From Candidatus Peribacteria bacterium (GTDB lineage: Bacteria; Patescibacteriota; Gracilibacteria; Peribacterales; Peribacteraceae): 64,000 bases of DNA. The notes below the pieces were generated by a model. It made no database searches and had not been told where the DNA came from. It saw only the letters and a list, made by a program, of their open reading frames with translations. Location of the stretch: positions 74,511 through 138,510 of the forward strand of contig JBEPVF010000004.1 in assembly GCA_041691135.1 (NCBI GenBank), given 5' to 3'. A program made the position numbers and the translations under genes. Numbering within the stretch: the first letter of the stretch is position 1; each line of letters opens with the position of its first letter. Shown in pieces: positions 37,582 to 47,639 of the stretch.

Positions 37582-40127
37582 TATTTGACGGGCGGAAGTT
37601 CCTGACAGTGCGGTCCGGCAATCAGTGCATCATCTTCCGCGCCATTGAGCGGACACATCGTGCGCGTGAAGTTCACACCCGAGAATGCCTCGAGCAGTTT
37701 GGCGGCACTGACGGTGATGTCGCTGAGTGACGTGACACTGTGGCGCAGGTAGTTATCGTACAGACTGGTGCCAATACGTGTTCCCACAGCACGGCCCATG
37801 GTCTGGATGTTGAAGGCGGCTGCGTCGTATTCGTTTTGCTGGTTTAGAAGACTGAATGCCGTTTCGAGCGGATTATTGAGCGGCAGCAGCAAACGGCGCT
37901 GCACATCGAATCCACACAGTACCGGCGGAGTCGAAGGCGGCAAACCATTGGCCTGGCACAGAGCCGTATCGAGCTGTTGAATCAGCAGGGCCGGACGGTA
38001 CTCGCCGAACTGCGTTTGCACTTTGGGCGAGATGGTGCGGATCTGTCCGCCGTCCGCGCGCGGCACGCTGCAGGCATCCCATGGGAACGCCTCGTCGCCC
38101 GTTGTCATAGGACTGCGGCCCGCTACCACGCGAGAGTGTTCCAACGATTCCTCCACACAGCTACCGATGTAGCACATGTTGTTCCCGATCGTATTGCTGT
38201 AGATGCTGATGCGATTCGGATCGCACACGCCGCGTCCCAATTGCTCGGTGGCTTGCTTCTTGGCCACGACATCGGAACGGTTCAATGTGTCTTTGCACAG
38301 CTCGACGGCGCCGTCTTTGCCTTTGGCTCCGTCGAAGAGAATGCCGACGACCGTCTTGGCTGCGATCTCGAGGCGCGTGTTATCAAGCTGGTAACTGAAC
38401 GTGGATGCGCAGCGGCCCATGCCTTCCGTCCGGCACGAGTAGTCCGTCAGAAGGTCGGCGCACAGCTGCGTATTCAGTGGAACACCACTGACCGATTGCA
38501 GCACATCGGTCGTGGTCCCATCCGGATTTTTCGTCGATTTCACAAACGCTCTGTCGCCGGAAGCGTATTGGCAGGTGGCCGTATATGCTTCGTGGCGAAT
38601 GCGGCAACAATCGGCATTCTGTTTTTGGGCCGGGCCATCGATGAGTTTCGTACCGGGCGGCAGCGTACAGAGTTCCTGTGCGTACGTCAGATCGCGGATG
38701 GCGGCGTAGCGCGGCGGAAGCAAAATCGGTTTCTGGCCGGCCAGTTGTTGATTGATACACACGGGGATGGTGCCGTCGGCGAGCTTCACCGTTGGCTGAG
38801 CACAGCCGCAGCCCAGCGATACTTTGCATTGTGTCTGCGGATTGAACGGGCTCGTGAGCGACGAACCGGCCGGATTCTGCAGCCAGCCGTTGCCGTTGCA
38901 CACATTGGGCCCGCTGTAGGTCTGCGTTTCCTTGGCCTTGCTCGTACAGGCGGCCAATTGAATTTTGAACGGGTCGGGAGCCGGTGTGTCCGTACAAATC
39001 TCATTGCTATCGGGCTTCAGGATATCGCGACACAGGTAACCCAGTCGGCCGAACGGCAACGTACATAGTCCGCGACCATCCGCCAGCGGCGGCGGATAGT
39101 TGCCACCGGGAAGCGGCGTGCAATCCGTCTTGGGAACGCCGTTCTTATCGGGTTCGCACAGGGCCGGCAGTACCGGCTCGATGGGCAGTGTCCACGTGAG
39201 TCCGGCATCGCCGGTTATGTCGCCCGACGCGAGTTTCTCTTTGTAGACCCACACCGAAATGTTGTACGGGTCGAGCAGCTTTTGCTGCTCATCCGTCAGT
39301 TGGTAGATGCGGATCGATCCCTTCTCGAGCGTGTCGGGATCCGGTACGGATCCGTACACCTCAGTCAATGCAGCCTCCAGATCCGGCCAGTGGAGGACGA
39401 GGTACTGCAGTTCAGGATTATCGGCGGGCTTCTGTTCGGGCGGATACGTCAGATCCTTGCGCACACGATTCGCGTAACGTACTCCGAACTGGTAGCGCCA
39501 CACCGCAGCTACAAATCCTTCGCGTTCATCTGTTCCCAGCAGGGGTTGCAATGCAGCGGTGACTTTCTGCATGGCATTCGTGGAAGCGGGGGGCAGTTGA
39601 TCCAGGCTGACGTTGCTGCTGGCCGCGACTGAGGAGCCGGACGAGGCACGCCAGATGCTCTGGATGCTCTGCGCGCGCAACGGTACGTTGATCTGTGAAT
39701 TGCCAATCGTATTGATCGTAGTTTCATAACTTGAAGCGATGATCTGTAAATCGCGGCCAAGCGTTCGGATATCTTCTTCACGCTTGACGAGCGATGTCAG
39801 TTCGGCCAAATAGGCATCGCAACCGCCCGCCTGATCCAGTTTGTGATCGATGCACGGCTGGTGGCCATCGCCGCGCAAGGCATTGTTCACATCATCGGGT
39901 TTACTGGGAGTCGTGGCAACCGCGGCGACGAACTTGCGGATCACCGGCTCGATATCCGGCGTGGTCGTCGTATCGTTGGTACCGTCATCGTTCAGCAGAA
40001 ATTCGCGCTGAGTGACAACCTGCATCATGCGATAGGGCGATGGAATGGCCGCGGCCGCCAGCGCCGTTCCGGCACCCAAGGGCAGCGTGATCAGCAGCAG
40101 GCCGGTGAGGGCGGAAATTTTTCTCAT
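37581..40127 (-). CDS. Secreted cysteine-rich hypothetical protein (operon gene 4)
   Basis: True start MRKISALTG (ATGA overlap at 40124-40127); signal peptide ..TALA; about 29 Cys. Confidence 0.85.
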   Translation of the reverse strand: MRKISALTGLLLITLPLGAGTALAAAAIPSPYRMMQVVTQREFLLNDDGTNDTTTTPDIEPVIRKFVAAVATTPSKPDDVNNALRGDGHQPCIDHKLDQAGGCDAYLAELTSLVKREEDIRTLGRDLQIIASSYETTINTIGNSQINVPLRAQSIQSIWRASSGSSVAASSNVSLDQLPPASTNAMQKVTAALQPLLGTDEREGFVAAVWRYQFGVRYANRVRKDLTYPPEQKPADNPELQYLVLHWPDLEAALTEVYGSVPDPDTLEKGSIRIYQLTDEQQKLLDPYNISVWVYKEKLASGDITGDAGLTWTLPIEPVLPALCEPDKNGVPKTDCTPLPGGNYPPPLADGRGLCTLPFGRLGYLCRDILKPDSNEICTDTPAPDPFKIQLAACTSKAKETQTYSGPNVCNGNGWLQNPAGSSLTSPFNPQTQCKVSLGCGCAQPTVKLADGTIPVCINQQLAGQKPILLPPRYAAIRDLTYAQELCTLPPGTKLIDGPAQKQNADCCRIRHEAYTATCQYASGDRAFVKSTKNPDGTTTDVLQSVSGVPLNTQLCADLLTDYSCRTEGMGRCASTFSYQLDNTRLEIAAKTVVGILFDGAKGKDGAVELCKDTLNRSDVVAKKQATEQLGRGVCDPNRISIYSNTIGNNMCYIGSCVEESLEHSRVVAGRSPMTTGDEAFPWDACSVPRADGGQIRTISPKVQTQFGEYRPALLIQQLDTALCQANGLPPSTPPVLCGFDVQRRLLLPLNNPLETAFSLLNQQNEYDAAAFNIQTMGRAVGTRIGTSLYDNYLRHSVTSLSDITVSAAKLLEAFSGVNFTRTMCPLNGAEDDALIAGPHCQELPPVK

Positions 40128-40891
40128 GGTTTGACGCTGCGAAGCGAACCGCGTGCATCCCAAATGCGCGGCAGACAGGCGCTCGTCTCGGCGGCGAGGC
40201 CGAGTGTGTTGCGAATGTCGAGCGACGTGCGGGCAAGGCATTGCAGACTGTCGTCGATGGGACGCAGGCGGTCCATGCCCGAGATCAGCTGCAACGTACG
40301 TTCAAGAGTGCGGGGAGCAAGCAGAAGTTCCCGGTCGGCGATCGATCTTTCCTTTTGGTACGTAAACGGCAGCGCTGTCGTGCCGTAAATCGTCGGCAGA
40401 TCAAATGTCAGATGATTCTTGATCGAGCACTCGTACACGCGCAAGTACTCGAGCAGCACGGCTCCCATGTCGTCTTCGGACAGTGACGACATGTTGCTCT
40501 TCCAGGGTGCCAGAGAACCGGCGAGCGACTTGAGCGCATCGCTTGGCGGTTCTTTTACCAATTGCTGACAGTTCACGGCATTCTTTTTCTGCAGGTGTGC
40601 GACGATCACGCCGTCGACACGATCATCGTAACGCTCTTTCCACTTGTCGAAGGCGTCTTCGGGCACAGTAGGAAAGAGCGCCGAGTCGCCGTCGCACGAC
40701 GCGAGCACCGGTTTGTTGGTATCAACGGCGGTTGCTGGCCCGGCTGCAAAGAGAGTGTGTAACTGGACGCCGATGCCGGTTGCCATTAGCAGTGCGCCGA
40801 TGCCAATTGTTGTCAGCACGGACGTACGTGATGGCGACGCAGATTGGCGCCCCCATCCCGGTTGCCGATTCTGATGTGACAGCTTATTCAT
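40124..40891 (-). CDS. Exported helical hypothetical protein (operon gene 3)
   Basis: N-terminal hydrophobic anchor/signal; 5 Cys; overlaps gene 2 by 8 nt. Confidence 0.8.
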   Translation of the reverse strand: MNKLSHQNRQPGWGRQSASPSRTSVLTTIGIGALLMATGIGVQLHTLFAAGPATAVDTNKPVLASCDGDSALFPTVPEDAFDKWKERYDDRVDGVIVAHLQKKNAVNCQQLVKEPPSDALKSLAGSLAPWKSNMSSLSEDDMGAVLLEYLRVYECSIKNHLTFDLPTIYGTTALPFTYQKERSIADRELLLAPRTLERTLQLISGMDRLRPIDDSLQCLARTSLDIRNTLGLAAETSACLPRIWDARGSLRSVKP

Positions 40892-41765
40892 TGCACTCGG
40901 CGAGGAAACAAGGGATGCGACTCAGCTGGGTCACGACGGCAGTCGCCTGTTCGATGGGGCTCAGCAGATCGCCGCGGAATGACGCGATGAACTGGTCAAA
41001 GTTGCCGGCGAATTGGAGCAGGGTGCGGTAGGCCGCGTCATACGTCACGGCAAGTTTCAGAAGATCCGCTTCGCGGTTCAGCATCTGGTCGGCCATCGAT
41101 TCGCAGTATGTTTTGGTGATGGCAAGGTCGGGAGCGCTGTTGATGGGCAGGCACGTGGGTAGGAAATGCAGGTCGATCTCGTCGCAGCCGGGAATTTGGA
41201 TCGGTCCGATACCTTTGGCGAGTGGCGCTTTATTTATCTGGATGGCTGCGGCCTCCTCCGGACTCAACTGAGAATTGGCGCACACGCTCAACGCGCGACA
41301 TGTCAGTGCGCGGTAACTCTGCGTGAGTGCCGGGATCAGTTCGGATGTGAGCACCTGACGTGTTTCGAAGATGCCGCGCCGGTCGGCGATATCGGCCCGC
41401 TCGTCCATTAGTTTGTCTTTCAGAATTTCGCCGTCAGAACCCACCCACCGGTCGTCTTCGGTTTTGATGAATACCTTCGCTTCCCGGTCGTAATCGATGG
41501 CGTTGACCGGTTGATCAGCTGCTTTCTTCTGACCGAACAGCACGGAACGGTAGATGCGTTGCTGTTGTGCCAGCCCGGTCGCGATGTCGTACTTGCATGC
41601 ATCAACGGGGCTGCTGCTGTCGGCTTGGGCGAGAGAAGAGCTCGGGACGAACAGCGAAAAAATGAACATCAGAAGCCAGAGGCCAGAAGCCAGCGACCAA
41701 TGCTGATTTCTGATTTCTGATTTCTGAGGGTTGTTTGCCGATAGGTGAAGAGATGGTGATCTCAT
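40884..41765 (-). CDS. Secreted cysteine-containing hypothetical protein (operon gene 2)
   Basis: Signal peptide ..SSLA; 8 Cys; ATGA overlap with gene 1. Confidence 0.8.
   Translation of the reverse strand: MRSPSLHLSANNPQKSEIRNQHWSLASGLWLLMFIFSLFVPSSSLAQADSSSPVDACKYDIATGLAQQQRIYRSVLFGQKKAADQPVNAIDYDREAKVFIKTEDDRWVGSDGEILKDKLMDERADIADRRGIFETRQVLTSELIPALTQSYRALTCRALSVCANSQLSPEEAAAIQINKAPLAKGIGPIQIPGCDEIDLHFLPTCLPINSAPDLAITKTYCESMADQMLNREADLLKLAVTYDAAYRTLLQFAGNFDQFIASFRGDLLSPIEQATAVVTQLSRIPCFLAECNE
41670..41727. repeat. Heptamer tandem repeats inside a signal-peptide coding region
   Basis: (CAGARGC)x3-4 at 41670-41697 and (TGATTTC)x3 at 41704-41724. Confidence 0.75.
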
Positions 41766-44700
41766 TTGGCAGGTGCGGGAGGTGGAGGCGGCAACGGACG
41801 CAGATCGAAGGCGGAGGGCACCCAGAAGATCGGGAAGATATCCTGCGGTTGCGAGATGAACGGCAGTTCCTTATCCTCGCCGCCAAGTGTTTTACCGGTG
41901 CGGATCTTGCCGTTATCGGTGATCGTTTCCTGTCGCAGATCGTTCCGCAGCTGTTGCAATTGATCACTAGCCGATGCGGCGTCGTCAGGTTGCTTGGGTG
42001 CGATCATCTGCCAGCCATCTTTTGGCAACGTCTGCTGAGGCAACAGTTCCAGGCATGCCTGATCGTTAGGATCGCAGTTGGCTGCCTTCTCATTTCCATT
42101 GCTGACTTTAAGACGCGAGACGCCCGTGGTTCCCAGATCCTCCTGTAGCAGAATACCCGGTCGCGCCATAATGCGCGTTACCCGCTCAAGCAGGTCCATC
42201 TCGACATGCGTGCACTCGGTCGTGTTCCAGTCTTTGCACGTCAGATTTTTGGTCAGATCATTCGGTTCCAGGCTCTTCCAGAATTCCTTCGTCAGATCAT
42301 TCAGCTGTTGCAGGAACGATCGTGCACTGTTCAAAGCCGTCCACATGCGTATGAAGTCTCCCTGAGTAATGGGCGGTGGCGGTGTGATCTTTTTAGGCGC
42401 ACTGAGCACCGCGACCTCGGGCAGCTTTATGGTAATCTTTCCGGTCAGACTTGGAACCGGCGGCAACTCCGGCAACTCGATGGCAGTTTTGTCTTCGTCA
42501 GTCAGATCCTGATCGGCTGGCGGCGGCGTGGGAACCGACAGTCGCAATTGCACCGGCTTGAGGACCGGCAACTTTACCGCTCCGGTAAGGAGCTTGAGGG
42601 TCGACAGATCCAGTACCAAATCTTTCTCACCAGTTGGCGGACAGAGGAGCGGCAAGCCGGCTCCGGGCTGACACGACGGCGTGCCCATGATCATTTTGGG
42701 TGGTTGCGGCAGCAGCGAATAGATCGGCGTGGTAAACCGGTCGTTGCGGCACCACGGCAGATCCGTTTCGTCATGATAGGTGGTGTACTGCTTCTGCACT
42801 TCTTTCCACATCGACGCCAGTTGCAGGCGGATGGCGCGGTTCTTCAGGAAGACCTTATACGTTTCCAAATTGTCCTTTACCCATGTACTGATCTGCACCA
42901 GTACTTGCTGTTGATGGGTGATGATTCCGCCGATGTAGGACGGCAGTTCGGCACGCAGGGCGCGCACCTGTTCCGCCGATACGGCGTACTCCTCCAGACG
43001 TTGCAGCAGATGCTTCACTTCGGGCGAAGCCACCTCGTCACACGTTTTTCCGGCATCATCCGACTTGGGTGGATTCTGGTAGTAATAATGTTGGAGAGCC
43101 CAACTGCACCACCGTTCGCGTAACGCGCGCAGCTCTACCGCCGACAGAAGAGGAACCACTACCGGCACCGGTTCTTCTTCGATCTTGAGTAACAGAGAAT
43201 CCTGCAAATAGCTGGATACTTGTCCGAGCAAATCGTCCTCGGCATGTACTTGCACGTCGATCGACTTCATGCGAGGGTCGCCCAACTGGGCATCGATTGC
43301 CTCTTTGCTGGTGTCGACCAGTGATGCGAGTTTGCCGGAGAGCGCCGATGTCGATGGCAGTCTCAGTCGGACCGTCGGCGGCGAGAGCAGCGCGTACGCA
43401 TCCGTTTCCAACTGCTGCCACCAGCGGGTAATCGCACGAGTGTCGTCGAACGAACTGGGATTCCCCTTGGCGTTCGGGTCCGTCCGATCGGTGAACACGC
43501 TGTCGTCAAATGCACGGAGCGTGCTGCGGTTCGTCAGCGGGTCCACCGTCGATTTCTGATAGGCCGCCTGCTGCATCGCCACATCCCCCTTCGAACCGAT
43601 GGAATCGATCGACAGGAAAGCGAGGTTCAGATCATTCTTTTCTTTTTCAAATGCCTGCTCACTCAGCAGTGAGAAGCTGCCGCCCAAATTTTTGTACCAC
43701 AGCGTGTCTTTATCGTCGTACGACCCGTCGCGATTTTTTCGCACCATGTCGGGCGAAGTTGTCGGATTGGTCTGGTATGTGGCCATGCCTTTCTGGCTGT
43801 TCTGCAGATCCTTTTTCGTGAATGGAAAATTGATCACGCAACGTCGGTCTTTGCCCTCAATCAAATGCGTCTTAGTATCGAACTCACTATAGAATCCATA
43901 GCACGCCACTGGCAGCGTGATCGGCGTGCCTTTGTCCTTTGATGTGTCGTAGGCGAGTTTGTCGTTCGGCACTTCGGTGAGCGTATCGCGCAGACTCTGC
44001 ACCGCATACTGGCGGTAGAAAGAACCGTACGGCATGTAGTTCAATTGCCCTTTCGAAGGCTTTGGGTCGACGGCTACAGGCGTGTACTTGCAGCCGTTAC
44101 CTGCGCCCGGAGGAGTGCCCGGCGGCACGTACTTTCCATCGCACCGGCATTCGCGGCCCTGGCAAATGCGACAATTGGGAAACGATTCCTGTCCGGCATC
44201 AGGTACCACCCATTCGTCAGTACATGTCCATTTCGGCTCTTCCTTCTGGCAACCTATAATCGCTCCGCTCTCCGGATCAATGAGCGGTATTTTGCAGTCC
44301 ATCCATGTGAACATGGGATCGTTGAGCTGTTTGCAGAAATCGTTGCATGATTGCGGGGACAGATCCCGGCTGGGCGATGCCCCGAGCATCGGCACTCCGG
44401 TGCCGGTAGACGGCTCCACGCCGCCGCGCGAGTCATTCGAAAACTGCCATTTGCAGGATGGGTCTTCGAAGTACGGGTAGTCCACCCATCTCTGATACCC
44501 CGTCCAACTCTGAATCTTCAGGACACGGTTACTGTTGTGTTCGTCGCGCACCATCGGCTTACAGGCAGTGCTGAGGCCGACCGTAGAGTCGGGAAACAAA
44601 AATCCGTCATTCTTCGAAATGATTGGCGGTCTCGCCTTGGGATTATCGGGCTCGCCGCCGGTTTCGATACGACTGGCCAGTCCGGATCGGTAGTTACCGT

Positions 44701-45025
44701 AGGGATCGCCAAGGTGTCCAGGAGCCCCTGTTACCTTCGCGATTTTTCCTGGATTAGTGTTGTCGTTCGGATCAATGACCTGCGAGGCCTTCCGGGCATT
44801 CACACTCTCGGTCGCATTCCATCCGCCGCACTGGGCGTCGCTTGTCAGGTACTGTGCGATCTTGCCGGTCTTCGATGCCACTTGTTCTTGAATCTGTTTG
44901 AAGTCGGTCGGATCGGCTGGCACTTCGAAGCTCTTGGCCGTCACGTCGAGTGCAATCGTAAGCAGCGCCGCACCGAGTGCAGTCGACAGCAGAAGCCGAC
45001 GATGGATGTGTGGTGTGAGTATCAT
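41762..45025 (-). CDS. Large secreted cysteine- and proline-rich hypothetical protein (operon gene 1)
   Basis: 1087 aa; signal peptide; about 24 Cys; helical core followed by an LPELPPVPSL-type Pro/Leu segment. Confidence 0.85.
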   Translation of the reverse strand: MILTPHIHRRLLLSTALGAALLTIALDVTAKSFEVPADPTDFKQIQEQVASKTGKIAQYLTSDAQCGGWNATESVNARKASQVIDPNDNTNPGKIAKVTGAPGHLGDPYGNYRSGLASRIETGGEPDNPKARPPIISKNDGFLFPDSTVGLSTACKPMVRDEHNSNRVLKIQSWTGYQRWVDYPYFEDPSCKWQFSNDSRGGVEPSTGTGVPMLGASPSRDLSPQSCNDFCKQLNDPMFTWMDCKIPLIDPESGAIIGCQKEEPKWTCTDEWVVPDAGQESFPNCRICQGRECRCDGKYVPPGTPPGAGNGCKYTPVAVDPKPSKGQLNYMPYGSFYRQYAVQSLRDTLTEVPNDKLAYDTSKDKGTPITLPVACYGFYSEFDTKTHLIEGKDRRCVINFPFTKKDLQNSQKGMATYQTNPTTSPDMVRKNRDGSYDDKDTLWYKNLGGSFSLLSEQAFEKEKNDLNLAFLSIDSIGSKGDVAMQQAAYQKSTVDPLTNRSTLRAFDDSVFTDRTDPNAKGNPSSFDDTRAITRWWQQLETDAYALLSPPTVRLRLPSTSALSGKLASLVDTSKEAIDAQLGDPRMKSIDVQVHAEDDLLGQVSSYLQDSLLLKIEEEPVPVVVPLLSAVELRALRERWCSWALQHYYYQNPPKSDDAGKTCDEVASPEVKHLLQRLEEYAVSAEQVRALRAELPSYIGGIITHQQQVLVQISTWVKDNLETYKVFLKNRAIRLQLASMWKEVQKQYTTYHDETDLPWCRNDRFTTPIYSLLPQPPKMIMGTPSCQPGAGLPLLCPPTGEKDLVLDLSTLKLLTGAVKLPVLKPVQLRLSVPTPPPADQDLTDEDKTAIELPELPPVPSLTGKITIKLPEVAVLSAPKKITPPPPITQGDFIRMWTALNSARSFLQQLNDLTKEFWKSLEPNDLTKNLTCKDWNTTECTHVEMDLLERVTRIMARPGILLQEDLGTTGVSRLKVSNGNEKAANCDPNDQACLELLPQQTLPKDGWQMIAPKQPDDAASASDQLQQLRNDLRQETITDNGKIRTGKTLGGEDKELPFISQPQDIFPIFWVPSAFDLRPLPPPPPAPAK

Positions 45026-45400
45026 CTGATTATAGCAAAAAAACCGCAGCCGTTACAGCAGAACAGCGTTTCAGAACGACGAGTGGAATTGACAGAAAAC
45101 CTCCATGTTTTTTTATAGAATATGCAAGGTTTCCGCATGCCGTGATTGTGCTCCCTGTTCGTCTTGAGATGCCATACTCAAAGATGGCAATTTGTTGTCA
45201 GGAAGCCACTTTTTAGGAACCAAAACATAGCCAGAAACTATTTTCTTCAAAAGAGAACCATAAACACTTTTCCGGAAAAAAGAAGAGGTGTACAACTGTG
45301 CACGTCTCTTGATGACTCCGTCGATCGCCCATGGACAGAGCTCTGGCCAAGCTCACGACGCACTCAGTGACATCCTTTACTTCCATTTCCCCTCAGCGAC

Positions 45401-46252
45401 ATGTTTTCTTTCAATCGCGTCCACATCATCGGTTATCAGACACAACCCGTTCAAGTCCGCAAAACGCCAGGTGGCGCCAGCGTGACAGATCTTAATTTAG
45501 TCGTTCCTTATCGCTTCCGCTCCGACAGCGGCGAGATGCTCGAAGGCAAAGGTTTCCACGTCGTCACCCTGTGGGGTCCGATGGCGGATGTTGCCGAAAA
45601 GTATGTCAAAGCCGGCAGTCAGCTGTTCATCTCCGGTCGTCTGCAAACAGACAGCTGGGAAGATACACAGTCGGGCGAAAAGCGCTCCAAGACCAAGATC
45701 ATCGGTCTGGATATGATCATGCTTGATCCCAAAGAAGGTTTGCTTCCCGCTCCATCTGCTCCTTCACTTTCCACGCTCATCAATCAGGCGCAGGTGATCG
45801 GCAACGTGACTAAAGATCCCGAAATGCGCACGACGACCAGCGGACAGCAGGTGCTCAGCATCGGTGTTGCCACCAACGAGCGCTGGAAGGATCGCACAAC
45901 CAACGAAGAAAAAGAGCGCACCGAATTTCATAACGTCGTAGTATGGGGCCCTCTCGCGCAAAATGTGAGCGTCGGCCTGAAGAAAGGCAACCGTGTGTTT
46001 GTCTCGGGCCGAGTGCAAACGCGCAGTTGGGAAACCAAAGAAGGTCAGAAGCGCTACACCACCGAGATCATCGCCGACTCCGTGTCGCTGCTTGGTGCGC
46101 ATAATGCGCAGGCGGATGCGTCCATCCAATCCAACGGTGTTGCGTCATCGGCCGGTTCGTCATCTTCTGATTTCAACCAGAGCACATCTGATGTCTCGAT
46201 CCCCGACATCACCTATGCATCAGAGATCAAAGTAGAAGATCTGCCTTTCTGA
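45401..46252 (+). CDS. ssb: Single-stranded DNA-binding protein with two tandem OB folds
   Basis: Two SSB domains (NRVHIIG..GRLQTDSW; NQAQVIGN..GRVQTRSW) and acidic tail ..EDLPF. Confidence 0.93.
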   Translation: MFSFNRVHIIGYQTQPVQVRKTPGGASVTDLNLVVPYRFRSDSGEMLEGKGFHVVTLWGPMADVAEKYVKAGSQLFISGRLQTDSWEDTQSGEKRSKTKIIGLDMIMLDPKEGLLPAPSAPSLSTLINQAQVIGNVTKDPEMRTTTSGQQVLSIGVATNERWKDRTTNEEKERTEFHNVVVWGPLAQNVSVGLKKGNRVFVSGRVQTRSWETKEGQKRYTTEIIADSVSLLGAHNAQADASIQSNGVASSAGSSSSDFNQSTSDVSIPDITYASEIKVEDLPF

Positions 46253-46255
46253 TCC

Positions 46256-46714
46256 TCAAATAGCCATCTGTTCAAAGCCCGCTGCCATCAGTGGGCTTTG
46301 TTCTATGGGAGACATGCAGGCTGATACTCGATGATCAGACTGCTGGAGAAGTGCGACAATGAGTGCGCGTGCCTCGACTGGTGTTTCCAATGGCACATTA
46401 TCCGAACGATGCGAGACAGGCGCAAATTCTTCTGAAGTCACAATGGGTTCGAGGGGCAGAGGAGACTCTTCGCTCCACGGATAGTGAATCGGACGGTCCA
46501 TTGCGGAGGCCGGTTCTATCGCCCGATTAACGGTTGTCCATTGTTGCATCTGCGCCCGCATGGACACTCGCCGAGCCACTGCCGCCTGAAGCAGGTCTGC
46601 ACTCTGTCCCATCGATTTCTGCCCGGCAGTCGTTTGTTGTTCTGCATGCTTCAGCCGCTCCGAAGAAAAAGAGTGCACAGCCTGCGATGCTACCCGCGTC
46701 TTTTTGTGATGCAA
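46256..46714 (-). CDS. Hypothetical protein
   Basis: Open frame directly downstream of murB; no motif. Confidence 0.4.
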   Translation of the reverse strand: MHHKKTRVASQAVHSFSSERLKHAEQQTTAGQKSMGQSADLLQAAVARRVSMRAQMQQWTTVNRAIEPASAMDRPIHYPWSEESPLPLEPIVTSEEFAPVSHRSDNVPLETPVEARALIVALLQQSDHRVSACMSPIEQSPLMAAGFEQMAI

Positions 46715-46722
46715 AGTTTTCT

Positions 46723-47637
46723 CTACGAAGCGATCTTTCCATCGCTCCCATACAAGCGCATTTCGATGCTCGCGATTTGCGGTACTGTTTGGCGGATGGT
46801 GTGTGTCACGTCCCGAACGTTCTCGAACGTTCCGCCGCCGATGTTCAGTAAAAAATTCGCGTGCTTCTCGCTCACCTGAATGCCGCCAACCGTCAGTCCG
46901 CGCAAACCGGCTTGCTCGATCAGTTTCCAGGCCGGTGTCCCATCGGGCAGAGATTTGAAGCAGGAGCCGGCTGTTTTGAGATGCGGCTGCGTCTTGATGC
47001 GCTTCTGCAGGAGGCGTTCCACTTCAGTTTTGATATGCTCAGGTTCACCCGAGGGTATCTCAAGCGTCACCGACCAGATGGTGACAGTTGGTCCTTGGCC
47101 TTTGGTCCTTGGTTCTTCACCCAGGAGGTCTTTGAACAAACTTTCACGGTAGCGAAATTTGCAATCCTCCCGTTGTAATTCTTTCCACTCGCCATTCACA
47201 AAGACAGTCACAGTGCGGATAAACGAATCGATCCAAATGCCACCGGCGCCTTGTCCCGCATTGCCGAATACCGCGCCGCCCATTGTACCGGGAATGCCGG
47301 TAAGAGCGGACAGATCGAATCCGGTCTTGGCGAGCTCGTTGATCAACATGGCAAGATTTTTGCCCGCATCGACAACGGTCAGTGGTGAATGATCAGTGGG
47401 GAGTAGTACCGTGCCTGCTTTAATGCGGACGACGAGCGCGTCGATCGTTCCTTCTTCGAAAACGGTGTTCGAGCCGGAGCCGAGAACGATGAAGGGAATA
47501 TTTTTTTCTTGAGCGAATTGATATGCCTCTTCCACATCTTCCCGGGTCGAGAGTTCGGCAAAGTACCGAGCCTGACCGCCGATGCGCATGGTGGTCTTGG
47601 GGCCGACGGGAATGTTTTCCTGGATCTGCACGTTCAT
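46723..47637 (-). CDS. murB: UDP-N-acetylenolpyruvoylglucosamine reductase
   Basis: TT.RIGG.A, LGSGSN, GIPGT.GGA..GNAG, F.YRES, AGSCFK, SEKHANF. Confidence 0.93.
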   Translation of the reverse strand: MNVQIQENIPVGPKTTMRIGGQARYFAELSTREDVEEAYQFAQEKNIPFIVLGSGSNTVFEEGTIDALVVRIKAGTVLLPTDHSPLTVVDAGKNLAMLINELAKTGFDLSALTGIPGTMGGAVFGNAGQGAGGIWIDSFIRTVTVFVNGEWKELQREDCKFRYRESLFKDLLGEEPRTKGQGPTVTIWSVTLEIPSGEPEHIKTEVERLLQKRIKTQPHLKTAGSCFKSLPDGTPAWKLIEQAGLRGLTVGGIQVSEKHANFLLNIGGGTFENVRDVTHTIRQTVPQIASIEMRLYGSDGKIAS

Positions 47638-47639
47638 TA

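Noticed and set aside
36040-45025. Calling the operon a conjugative tra cluster or a multiheme cytochrome cluster
   Set aside because: No ATPase, relaxase or coupling protein is in the window, and no CxxCH motifs were seen
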